Source: Octopus sinensis
Taxonomy: Eukaryota
Length of the DNA stretch: 28,061 nucleotides
Reading direction: 5' to 3'
Assembly: GCF_006345805.1 (NCBI RefSeq)
Contig: NW_021827538.1
Coordinates: 1 to 28,061 of the forward strand
In this document: one piece after another, positions 11,091-20,754 of the stretch
How positions within the stretch are numbered: position 1 is the stretch's first letter
Layout: every line of letters begins with the position of its first letter
Made by a program: the position numbers and the translations under genes
The notes under the pieces: model-generated
Seen by the model: the letters and a program-made list of their open reading frames with translations, nothing else
Database searches by the model: none
Told to the model about the DNA's origin: nothing

Positions 11091-11576
11091 AGATGCACAC
11101 ACACACACGTGTGTATGTGTTTATGTATGCATAAAAGTATATGAATGTATAAACATGGGTTTACTTATGTTTGATATTACATCTGATTTTGTATGCTAGC
11201 ATGGGTTAGGTGAATATATTATTGAAGCATTGTTTTACAGACAGCCTTCCCATTGCTCACCCAAAACCATTTTGCAAGAACAAAAGTTCTTATTTCCCAT
11301 GTCTTCCAAGGTGGGGGTGATTGGTTGACAGATGTTTCTGCCTGGAGCAATAAAAAGAGATTGCAAACATAAACAAATGCACAGACACCTACGCGCACAC
11401 ACACTCAGCTCGAGTTCACTGCTTCCTGTAGCAGAAACAGCTGGAAGCTAATGAAGGTGTCTACGTAACTCTTGTTCTTTTGTCGTTCATTGATTCATAT
11501 CTATAAACATACATAGACATAAATATTTGTACATGGGTATGTGAAGGTATATATATGTATATATAATATATATATA

Positions 11577-11637
<61 letters not shown>

Positions 11638-11641
<4 letters not shown>

Positions 11642-12005
11642 TCATCATTATTTACCATCCGCTTTCAATGCTAGCATGGGTGGACGGTTCAACTGGGGTG
11701 TGGGAAACCAGAAGGCTGCACCAGGCCCAGTCTCATCTGGCAAAGTTTCTACAGCTGGATGTCCTTCGTAACACCAACCACTCCGTGAGTGTAGTGGGTG
11801 CTTTTTATGTGCCACCGGCACGGGGGCCAGGCGATGCTGGCAATGGCCATGATCGGATGGTGCTTTTTATGTGCTACCAGCACGAAGGCCAGTCGGGCGG
11901 CGCTGGCTACGGTCACGTTCAGATGGTTCTTTTACATACCACCGGCACTGGTATCACAACTACAATTTCCATTGATGTTGATTGACTTGGATTTTGATTT
12001 TGATT
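11638..12005 (-). mobile_element. RTE-tail element
   Basis: (ATC)n at the left, gctagcatgggtggacg, tttctacagctggatg, three ggtgctttttatgtgccac-type modules. Confidence 0.85.
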
Positions 12006-12439
12006 TATATATATAAATATTTAGCAGAAGTAACAAAGTGACCCAAGATCCGAAAGTTTCGTTTATTAGCATTTATCAAACTGGTTCTTTGGAGGTATAT
12101 TCCCAGACCTCCAAACACCACTTTGATGAGTGTCAACTCTTGGACCTTGAGTCCCTACTGTCACGCCCCTATCACCCCTACCTCTATCTTTCATCTCTCA
12201 ATCACTCTCTCTTCTTTTCTTTTTACTCTACTATCTTACTGCTATGATAAAGATTGGCAGTAAATCTCTTCTCTTCACCATTCTTCCAATGAAACTAGGG
12301 ATGTTACTGGACCTACCTGGGTCTCTCCCTAACACCCAAACCACTCCTTTTCATATATTTATTACCCTAGATCTCTCACCCATCCCAAGGTATATATCAA
12401 ACCCAGAGACTGAGGGGAACCTTTAGTTTTGTCAAGGAC

Positions 12440-12620
12440 ATGGTGATCGTCTCTAGTGACGGTGCCATAAGATGCACCCAGTGCACATTGTGCAGTGGTT
12501 GGTGTCAGGAAGAGCATCCAGCTGTAGAAAGAAAACCAGAAAATGTAACTTCAGGCAAGATATTCTCTGAACCATCCAACCCATTCCAGCATGGAAAGTG
12601 GGGGTAAAATGATGATCATC
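12440..12620 (+). mobile_element. Old degenerate RTE-tail copy
   Basis: gtggttggtgtcaggaagagcatccagctgtagaaa...ccaacccattccagcatggaaagtgg...atgatgat. Confidence 0.65.
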
Positions 12621-14288
12621 ATACATACATACAGACGTATGGATGTATAAATATACATATGTGCATCTTTCTTTGTCTATATATTATACACATTCATTCA
12701 TATATATGTGTATGTGTATATAAATACATCTACGATTAGATTAAAGTCTAATTATTATGAGGGGTTTTGTAGGTTTTTCTTCCCCAAAATAAACCAAGTA
12801 GAATGGCACAAATGAAACATAAACATTCATTCCAATTTAATTTTACAATAGAAATATTGGCAATTATCTGCTTTTCTCTTTATAAACTTTGTTGTCAACA
12901 ACAACAGCAATAACAACAACATATCCTTATCCAGCTTTTCTCCAAAATATGTTGTTTAGTCCATGTATATTCAAAGAGCTGACATCCTGAAGAAGGATGA
13001 TGATGATGGGTCACCAGAATATCATTAAACACCCCACCAATATTTCCTAATCCACCTCATGAAACCCCCAATACTTCATAATAAACTACACCAAGTTATA
13101 ACTCCTCACCTAACACAAAACAAAACACACTTCACCTGCCAAACCCCTTTTTCATACAAACACATCTTTCTCATTGCTACCCAAACATTGTCCCTTATAT
13201 TAAAGATAATTAAGATGAACCTACCTTTCATTAATTGGGCTTATTCATTAACCAATCTTTATGATCTCAACAGCAACAAATAATAACGATCCTCTCAACA
13301 TGCTGTCTATCAGTGTGATTATATGAAAGCCCATCTTTGGATAAGCTTTCCGAGTTAATCAATGTTGTGTATGATAATTGTGTGGATTATATTGAAATGT
13401 CGAGAGATTTACAGCATTTGTCAGGTTAAGAACAGTTTCATCTCCAGCTTTATTGGTATCTGTGAATCCAGGTAAATATGATAGAAACCAAGCCAACCAT
13501 GACTGTCACATCATTTCCAGTGCATATAATTATTAATAATACTCATATTCCTGATTTGTAGGGACGTGGTATTTCATTATGCAACCATAAATTCCTGTAA
13601 AATATATTAAATCGTTTTAGAAGTCAACACCACATTCTACTTTGTTAGCAGTGTTTTTCACATTATTCTATTGATATTCCATAGAAATTATAGTTGGCTC
13701 TGATTTTTTGCTAAAACCTTTCCTATCGAGATGTCAGATGTAAACAAACAATGAGATACACAATGAGAACAAACAACAGATGTTTTTCTCTTTGATCTCA
13801 TTGTTTGTTTCCGTCTGACATTTCGATATGAAATGTTGTAGCAGGAAATTAGTCCTGGCTATAATTTCTACCGATAATATCTGTAGAAATAACCTCAGCA
13901 AAATATTTATATTCCTTCTTACTACAAAACTTTTCACCATCACTTATATTCAGTCAATAAAGATAATGGTGTATTTATATCTTCAAGTTTTATTTCTAAT
14001 GATTATTCCATTGGAAACAGTTTAAATGTTTAACTTCACTGTCAAATAAACAATTTGTTTAATGTATTTAATGAAATGTGTGTTTTCCTTGAAATTCTTT
14101 GAATGAATCAAGTAAATATTATTTTATCAAAAGCTTTTCACAAAACTAATAAAGTTTCCATTTTATTTCAGCTTTCATGTAAAAATTAGTGAATTTTGAA
14201 GAGATAAATTGTATTCCAAAGGAAGAAAACAAAATCCACAGAAAAGAATATATTTAACAGAAAAAGATAATAATTCTATATTCATAAA

Positions 14289-16442
14289 ATGGAGATGATT
14301 AATGAAGAAAACAAAATGTTGGCTCTCATTCCTGCCACAGTCTGTGATACAACAGCAATTTATAAGGAAACTACACCAAATCTTCCCCAAATATTACACA
14401 CACAAAACACAAAGAAAACAGAAGAACAGGAAAGAAAAGACACAAAGAAATCTAAAGAACAGGAAAAGTCCATGTTACCAAGTTTCCTTCATATTGTGAC
14501 ATGTAACCGAACACTAATCAAAACAGACCACATCAATACGTTTATAGATTATGTAAAGGATAAATGTAATCACATGGACTCTCTGGGTTTAAATGGATCT
14601 CGAATTTTACGTAATATCAAACGTAAAATGCCAAGATTTCTGGAATTTGCAAAACAAAATAATGATTTTGTTCACCTAAACCTTGATTGGTTTCAACAAA
14701 GACTCTTTGACATTTATGTCACCTGTAACCCATACAACCACAAGACCATTGAACCACCAAAAGTAACCACAAAATTTCGTCCTCTTCGGCCAGTTGTGAC
14801 CAGAGAAGTAGAGATTGAGGAATCTGGTGAAGACTTAAGCAACCCAATATCCAATATTGTTGTCATACAAGGGGGTATTGTAACATATTCCCGCCACTTT
14901 ATGACAATATGTTGTATAACAAGAGACGGCAACAGAAACGATGTTCGTTGCTCATCTTCTGTCACTGATTTTACCAGAATCAGTGAAGACACAGTCCTCG
15001 CCACCCTGCCCTTCCGAAAAATGATTCTTATTATCAACCCTTTAAGTTTGAGAATCAAAAGAATTCAGCTAGGATTAATCTTGGTTTCTTATTTGGAACA
15101 TTCTACACTTATAGGTGTAGAAATGTTTGGTCGGACCATATACGTCATTGACTGGGAAGAGAATAGAATAAAATACGAATTCATAACGAAAGAAACCCCT
15201 TCAGATATTGCTGTAGGAGCACAAAATAAACTCTTAGTATCCTTTTCCAATATTAACAGGGTTACCTGTTACAATGTGGATGGTCAGCAGTTATTTGAGG
15301 TGGATACAAATTCCCTGGACATTCCAAGCCACATCTCTGTGTACCAAAACCATTTTTATGTCCTTCAGGGACATATTATTTATCGGATATCAGGTACAGG
15401 TGCTGTGACAACAAGAGAAATTGGCATGAAATGCCGCCATATTTCTGTTGGCAAAGAAAACATTTTTGTAACTGATTATTTTGATGTCCTTCATATCATT
15501 GGAACAAATGAAGACTTTTGGCCCAGGCAGTCACATAACCCCCAGCTATGGACCCCAACATTGAACAACTATATTTATATTGAGGATTGCTACAACATTA
15601 CAAATATTCTACCTATGTCTACATCTTCTATATTAATAATTTACAAAAACAAGAAAGCTAAATTATTCACTGATAACAGGGAAATAATTAACCAAAATAA
15701 TTCAGTTTTCCTTGAGCTTCCTTCTTTCTGTTGTAGAATAAACGCAAACAGATTCCTGGTATTTTATCATGAAATGAAAGGATTTCAGTATATCACCTGT
15801 CCTGAACTAAGAAAAGGCCCTTTAATAAAGGTGCAAACTGGTTACATGAAAATATGTCATATTGTATCAAATAAGTATTTAGCTGTGACCACCGATGAAA
15901 ACAAAAGCGAGGTCCAAATCCTCTTGATCAACGAAGATAAAGTTGACATTGCAGAAAGAATTTCTCTGGGACATCATAATGTCAGCATTGCTGCAACTCC
16001 AATTAATTTTGTAGTCGTAGATGGAAACGAAAATAAAATGGTATTTTATTCCACATGTGGTGAAGAACTTTTTCAAAAATACCTTCCATTCTATGGCTAC
16101 CCTCATCACATCTACTCTGATAATGTTTATTTCTATGTCCTCTTCAGGAGACACTCTATTCTCAGATGTTACGATCTATATGGACAAATGAAATGGCAGT
16201 GGGAACTGCCTTTCCCTGTTCACCCTCACATTGCTGTTTTCCAAGGAACTCTTTATGTCCCGGACACTCAACTCAACAGGGTTCTTCTTTACAAGTATCA
16301 AGTCCGGTCGTCTGGCTGTCTTTTACCCATTAAAAATCCTTATATCAGAAATCTAAATCTACGACTCAAAGAAAAGGAGAATGACCAAAAACTTGTCATT
16401 GGCGAAATATGTAATTTGTCCAATGGACAGTTGGTGGTCTGA
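14289..16442 (+). CDS. N-terminal part (717 aa) of a large intronless multi-beta-propeller (NHL-like) protein: short helical region plus ~2 propellers
   Basis: A 2.15-kb stop-free frame in AT-rich DNA. The ATG has A at -3 and G at +4, with a candidate acceptor ttttatttcAG at 14170-14171. Blade-like motifs recur (TPSDIAVGAQNKLLVS, CYNVDGQ, HPHIAVFQGTLYVPDTQLNRV). It ends at the frameshift mid-blade (QLVV*). Confidence 0.8.
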   Translation: MEMINEENKMLALIPATVCDTTAIYKETTPNLPQILHTQNTKKTEEQERKDTKKSKEQEKSMLPSFLHIVTCNRTLIKTDHINTFIDYVKDKCNHMDSLGLNGSRILRNIKRKMPRFLEFAKQNNDFVHLNLDWFQQRLFDIYVTCNPYNHKTIEPPKVTTKFRPLRPVVTREVEIEESGEDLSNPISNIVVIQGGIVTYSRHFMTICCITRDGNRNDVRCSSSVTDFTRISEDTVLATLPFRKMILIINPLSLRIKRIQLGLILVSYLEHSTLIGVEMFGRTIYVIDWEENRIKYEFITKETPSDIAVGAQNKLLVSFSNINRVTCYNVDGQQLFEVDTNSLDIPSHISVYQNHFYVLQGHIIYRISGTGAVTTREIGMKCRHISVGKENIFVTDYFDVLHIIGTNEDFWPRQSHNPQLWTPTLNNYIYIEDCYNITNILPMSTSSILIIYKNKKAKLFTDNREIINQNNSVFLELPSFCCRINANRFLVFYHEMKGFQYITCPELRKGPLIKVQTGYMKICHIVSNKYLAVTTDENKSEVQILLINEDKVDIAERISLGHHNVSIAATPINFVVVDGNENKMVFYSTCGEELFQKYLPFYGYPHHIYSDNVYFYVLFRRHSILRCYDLYGQMKWQWELPFPVHPHIAVFQGTLYVPDTQLNRVLLYKYQVRSSGCLLPIKNPYIRNLNLRLKEKENDQKLVIGEICNLSNGQLVV

Positions 16443-19400
16443 CATCAACCATGATTGCTTGTTGTACATTTCTGAGGAAGGAGACATTGTGTCCAGATTA
16501 TCTCTGCCGTCTACAGCCACAGATATATGTCGATGGGATTCTAATCATATAGGGGTCACATTACCCCTACAGAAACAATTAAGGGTCATCGGAAACCTAT
16601 CAAAGACAGTGAGAAGTGTATCATTAAGGCAGCCTTATGTACGGGTGTGTAAGATGGGTGAATGTGAAATTGTTTGTTATTGTGATAAACCATCACATTT
16701 AGACATTTTAGCCATCAATTATTATAATCAAGTCGAAGTAATTAAGACAATTAATATCCCTGTGTTTGTGAAATCATTATCAATAGACAAGAAAACAGAA
16801 AAGCTATTAATTGTTACTAGGGGAAAAGCTTTTCAGTACAACACTAGAATAGGTGGTGGTGGTCATGGCAGTGCACGTCGTCAGAGTGGTGGAAGTGATG
16901 GTAGTATTAGTAGTGGTGATGGTAGTATTAGTAGTAGAGATGGTAGTATTAGTAGTAATGATGGTAGTATTAGTAGTAGAGATGGTAGTATTAAGTCTAA
17001 AATAAAAGCTTTCTTCACGCTCTTTTGTTGTGGTGGTCATCGTCGTCCTCTTCCTGGTGATGGTCATCATCGTCCTCTTCGTGGTGGTGGTCATCATCAT
17101 CGTCGTCTTCATGGTGGTAAAACTAGATATCGTTATGTTAGTAAAACTAAGATGGTCCCCAGTGTTTTAATGTCCCAAGTGAAACGTCCCCTCAGTCTCC
17201 AAGGTGGATCTATTGACCAAACGTCTGTTTATCTGATAGACAGAAGCCGTATGTTTGCCATAAACGATCAGAATTTGTTGGTTAATGATCTCGTTACTAA
17301 TAATCAACTTAATTATTATATCGACCTGGTGGATGTATTTTCCAGACACATTTCTCTCAGTGAAATGTTGTCTTCCACTTTATATCTACAGGACCTCACA
17401 GTTTCTGATAAAGCCAGACATATTCCTCTCCCTAAACATTTGGGAGACAAAGAACCAGCGTGGATTAAACGTTTGGTTCTTTCTGAAAATAATCTGATTG
17501 CAGGATTTGACAGGAATAATGGAAACATTAAGATATTCACATTGGATGGTCACCTTATGGATTCAATCAAAGTGAATGTTTATAATTATATTAAAATGTG
17601 TCGATGGCAGTCAAACACACTGGTCATTATGACTGGGGATCTTTCTAATAATAAATACCAACTGTTGACATTAAAAGTGGAATTTCCATTGTCGTTGGTA
17701 AATTACAAAACGAGAAATAATTATAAATGTGTGGCTTCTTTATCAAATAATCAACTGGTTTTGAGTGAATGGAGATATGGAAGACATTTGCATTTTGTTG
17801 ATATTGATGAAATACATTCGAGTGTGAAGGAAACAAACAAAATAGACATACCTGAACCATTATTAACGGGAGACAAATATGGAAATAATTATTCTTATGA
17901 CATCCAGGATATTAAAGTTACTGATGAAGATGTCATCATTGTCTTCAACTTGAGATTCATCATTTTCTTCAACAGTGGTGGTCAATATTTACATTCAGTC
18001 AGACACTACATGAAGTATTATTCTGGTGGTGATGACAGGATGACAATTGATGACAGTTTTTTGTACATTTATGGTCATTGGGAGAAATATTTAGGTTCAT
18101 CTGGATATCGAAACATTTTGTGTTTGACCCAGAATGGGGAATACAAGAGAATATTTTTAAATAAAAGAATTTATAAAGATGAAGTACAATTCTCCAGTAT
18201 AGACTGTAAAGGACCAAGGTTTGTTGGAAGCTCCAGGAAGGGAATGAGATGGAAGGAATTGTATGTTGAAGGGTTGTTTATGGTGAATCGAGACAGCTTC
18301 CCGGTTGCTCGTTTACAAACAGACGAATGTCCTGTTCAAGTAAAAGATTTTGATGTCTCTGAGGAAGGAAAGACAGTTGTGTGTGAAAAAGCCAATAATG
18401 GAAATGTTAAAATATTCGATGAAGACGGCCAGTTGCTATGTCACAGAAATGTTGCAAGTTTAGTTGGTGGTGTGTGTTTTACACAAGAATCACACATAAT
18501 GGCCACGGTTCCTAAAAGGAAAGAAATATTTCAACTGAATGGAGAAGATTTGCAGACATCTCAAGTTTGGTCGAGTCTCATCCCTTATGGTGTAATATGG
18601 AGAAAAGTGGTGGGTATTTACTGGTGTGTACATAATGAATTGATTGAATGTCATTGCATAAAGATTGATGGGGACCAAGTGAACATTCTGGAATCTGTGT
18701 CGTCATTAAATCTTGATTCTGGTCTTCGTTTCCCTTCCATTACATCTGAAACGAACAAGGAAATATTCAGTAATGAATTAATTAGTAAATTGGAATACAG
18801 AGGAGGAGATGGAGATGGAGGAGGAAGAAGAAGAGGTAAATCAGGTGAAATAATTGGTAAAGGTAGATTAAAGGTGATATGTGGTAATTACATAGCGGAG
18901 ATTAATAATTCAGGAATTGATGAAATATCAGTGAGGAGATTTCCATATAGGACAGCAATGGTCCCTTTTTCCATTCCTGCATTCGAGGAACCTCTTGATT
19001 ATAATCGGAGGGACATTAGGGACCAGAACAGTAAACTAATTAAGTTAGATGAGAATGTGAGTGTGTTGATGTTTCAAGAAAGTGTCACATTAATCAGAAC
19101 AACAACAACAGTGGACATACTTCAACATGAACAACAACAACGACCACCACTGGACATATGTCGGTGGACAGAGGAATGTTTCATTGTCGCCTTTGGGAGA
19201 GAAATGAGGGTCTTCAACAGGGATCTCCGTCGTTTAAAAACCATCAGAACTGAGAAATACTACAACAGGATTTATAAATACAACGACAATCAACTCGTGT
19301 GTGGTGGTCATTATATTAGAGACATAACTCAAGAAGAGAGACACAAGAAATACAAAAGAATATGGGAGAACAACAAGGATTACTATTATTGCAAAGACCC

Positions 19401-19962
19401 CGACATCTTTGACCCTTATTATGTGGATGTGGTTGATATCAAAGATGGGAAATGTAAAGATGAAGTGTGTCGTGGGAAGACGGGGAGATATGGAAGGTTG
19501 GAGGGAGATGGAGGGGTGTTGGATGGTGTGGGAGTCACATCTTTTGGTGATGTTGTTGTTGTGAGGAGGGAGATGAAGAAGGAGTCTGTAATTTGGGAAC
19601 TTTTTTGTTTTGTGGAATGGTTCAGGGAAAAGTCTTTGGTGAGGAGGATAAGAATAGAAGGAGGAATGCTTTATGCTCCGGAATATTATATTCCAAAACC
19701 TCGTCTGACCATAATTGGTGAATGTGTTTATATAACAGATTTAAGAAACAATATTTACGAAATACCTCGACATATTGAAGAGGAAACATCTGAAGATGAT
19801 GAAATCCTGGAATTAGAAGATAATCCAAAATATTTACTCCTCAGAGAGGATGATAATGAAGTCTATGAAGTTCTTGGTTTGGATGTTTCAGACAATTCTT
19901 TGATGGTTTTTGGAATTATTCCTGGACGTCAATCTTTTGCTTTCTTTTATTTTGACAAATAA
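16381..19962 (+). CDS. C-terminal part (1193-aa ORF, homologous frame from 16438) of the same multi-propeller protein, ~4 propellers
   Basis: A 3.58-kb stop-free frame with repeated DICRW/KMCRW blades, IKIFTLDG and VKIFDEDG motifs. It is homologous to the paralog at 26716-28061. The first 19 codons are an off-frame reading of the upstream ORF's tail. Confidence 0.85.
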   Translation: MTKNLSLAKYVICPMDSWWSDINHDCLLYISEEGDIVSRLSLPSTATDICRWDSNHIGVTLPLQKQLRVIGNLSKTVRSVSLRQPYVRVCKMGECEIVCYCDKPSHLDILAINYYNQVEVIKTINIPVFVKSLSIDKKTEKLLIVTRGKAFQYNTRIGGGGHGSARRQSGGSDGSISSGDGSISSRDGSISSNDGSISSRDGSIKSKIKAFFTLFCCGGHRRPLPGDGHHRPLRGGGHHHRRLHGGKTRYRYVSKTKMVPSVLMSQVKRPLSLQGGSIDQTSVYLIDRSRMFAINDQNLLVNDLVTNNQLNYYIDLVDVFSRHISLSEMLSSTLYLQDLTVSDKARHIPLPKHLGDKEPAWIKRLVLSENNLIAGFDRNNGNIKIFTLDGHLMDSIKVNVYNYIKMCRWQSNTLVIMTGDLSNNKYQLLTLKVEFPLSLVNYKTRNNYKCVASLSNNQLVLSEWRYGRHLHFVDIDEIHSSVKETNKIDIPEPLLTGDKYGNNYSYDIQDIKVTDEDVIIVFNLRFIIFFNSGGQYLHSVRHYMKYYSGGDDRMTIDDSFLYIYGHWEKYLGSSGYRNILCLTQNGEYKRIFLNKRIYKDEVQFSSIDCKGPRFVGSSRKGMRWKELYVEGLFMVNRDSFPVARLQTDECPVQVKDFDVSEEGKTVVCEKANNGNVKIFDEDGQLLCHRNVASLVGGVCFTQESHIMATVPKRKEIFQLNGEDLQTSQVWSSLIPYGVIWRKVVGIYWCVHNELIECHCIKIDGDQVNILESVSSLNLDSGLRFPSITSETNKEIFSNELISKLEYRGGDGDGGGRRRGKSGEIIGKGRLKVICGNYIAEINNSGIDEISVRRFPYRTAMVPFSIPAFEEPLDYNRRDIRDQNSKLIKLDENVSVLMFQESVTLIRTTTTVDILQHEQQQRPPLDICRWTEECFIVAFGREMRVFNRDLRRLKTIRTEKYYNRIYKYNDNQLVCGGHYIRDITQEERHKKYKRIWENNKDYYYCKDPDIFDPYYVDVVDIKDGKCKDEVCRGKTGRYGRLEGDGGVLDGVGVTSFGDVVVVRREMKKESVIWELFCFVEWFREKSLVRRIRIEGGMLYAPEYYIPKPRLTIIGECVYITDLRNNIYEIPRHIEEETSEDDEILELEDNPKYLLLREDDNEVYEVLGLDVSDNSLMVFGIIPGRQSFAFFYFDK
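16897..16992 (+). repeat. In-frame 21-bp coding minisatellite (DGSISSx), ~4.5 copies
   Basis: gatggtagtattagtagt(ggt/aga/aat/aga) at 16897, 16918, 16939 and 16960, partial at 16981. Confidence 0.95.
17032..17118 (+). repeat. Imperfect in-frame coding repeat, GG-H(H)-R(R)-PL, three units
   Basis: GGHRRPLP / GDGHHRPLR / GGGHHHRRLHGG, built from ggt, cat and cgt triplets. Confidence 0.85.
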
Positions 19963-19963
19963 A
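19958..19963 (+). promoter_or_regulatory. Candidate polyadenylation signal AATAAA overlapping the stop codon
   Basis: aaa-TAA-a contains AATAAA at 19958-19963. The hexamer is common in AT-rich DNA. Confidence 0.35.
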
Positions 19964-20027
19964 TATTTCCAGAAATATTAAACTTCAATCTTCTTCTTCT
20001 TCTTCTTATTGTTGTTGTTGTTTTAAA

Positions 20028-20080
20028 TGGCTTCGCCCGGGAATCGAACCTGCATCGCATACATTGCATTCTACACACTA
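20028..20080 (-). other. tRNA-like 3' fragment (B box plus acceptor-like end), not a complete tRNA
   Basis: The minus strand reads ...gcaGGTTCGATTCCcgggcgaagcca. No matching 5' acceptor strand or proper anticodon arm is present. Confidence 0.4.
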
Positions 20081-20224
20081 ACACTTATTATTGTAACATT
20101 CCTCAACACTCTCTCTTTGTGTGTGTGTATATATTTATATACAGTATGTGCTCATGCGTTTATATATATATACACAGATATTTAGGAATGTATGTATAGA
20201 AATAAGGCTATTAGTATGTATGTT

Positions 20225-20282
<58 letters not shown>

Positions 20283-20354
20283 TGCATGTATGTATAGGAA
20301 TGTCTGGTCCGAAAGCAGAGACTTTCATATTCATTGATTCTCCATTAAAAGGCA

Positions 20355-20568
20355 GACGACCACCGCCGACGTCTCCGCCGCCGTCGTCGTGGCCGTGGTG
20401 GTCGTCGTCGTCGTCGTCGTGGTGGTGGTGGTGGTCGTCGTCGTCGTCTCCGCCGTCGTCGTCGTCATCATCATCATCATCATCATCACCATCATCATCG
20501 TCATCATCATCATCATCATCGTCATCATCATCATCATCATCATCATCGTCATCATCGTCGTCGTCATC
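20355..20568. repeat. Compound trinucleotide microsatellite (GTC/GTG/ATC)
   Basis: Direct reading. Confidence 0.95.
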
Positions 20569-20754
20569 AGCTTTGTGTGTGCGTGTGTGCAGTCTGCATC
20601 TGACAGTTTTTAACGTTTAATAAGAACAGATTGTTGTTGTTGTTGTTGTTGCAGTGACATTCCAACTGCACACACGCACAAACATTGCCTTTCGTCCTCG
20701 TAGGGTTGTTGTTGTTGTTGTTGTTGCTGTTGGGGGTTCATAAAAAAAGAGAAA

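Noticed and set aside
11420-11450. gaaacagctgg as a second hammerhead
   Set aside because: There is no upstream CTGANGA core and no NUH cleavage triplet.
13270-14000. Coding-like minus-strand patches (e.g. YLPGFTDTNK, loosely like a GTPase DxPG motif)
   Set aside because: The frames are broken by many stops and no P-loop is visible, so a family cannot be assigned by eye. A tBLASTx search would settle it.
16440-16454. A-to-I editing of UGA to rescue the split gene
   Set aside because: Readthrough stays in the first frame and meets another TGA four codons later, so it cannot restore the downstream frame.
14714-19828. Short antisense and alternate-frame ORFs inside the large gene (e.g. 14714-15058, 16807-17112)
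   Set aside because: They are shadow frames of the coding strand and its triplet repeats.
20192-20620. Poly-Ser, poly-Met/Thr and poly-Val/Ile ORFs
   Set aside because: They are stop-free by-products of the GTC/GTG/ATC trinucleotide tract.
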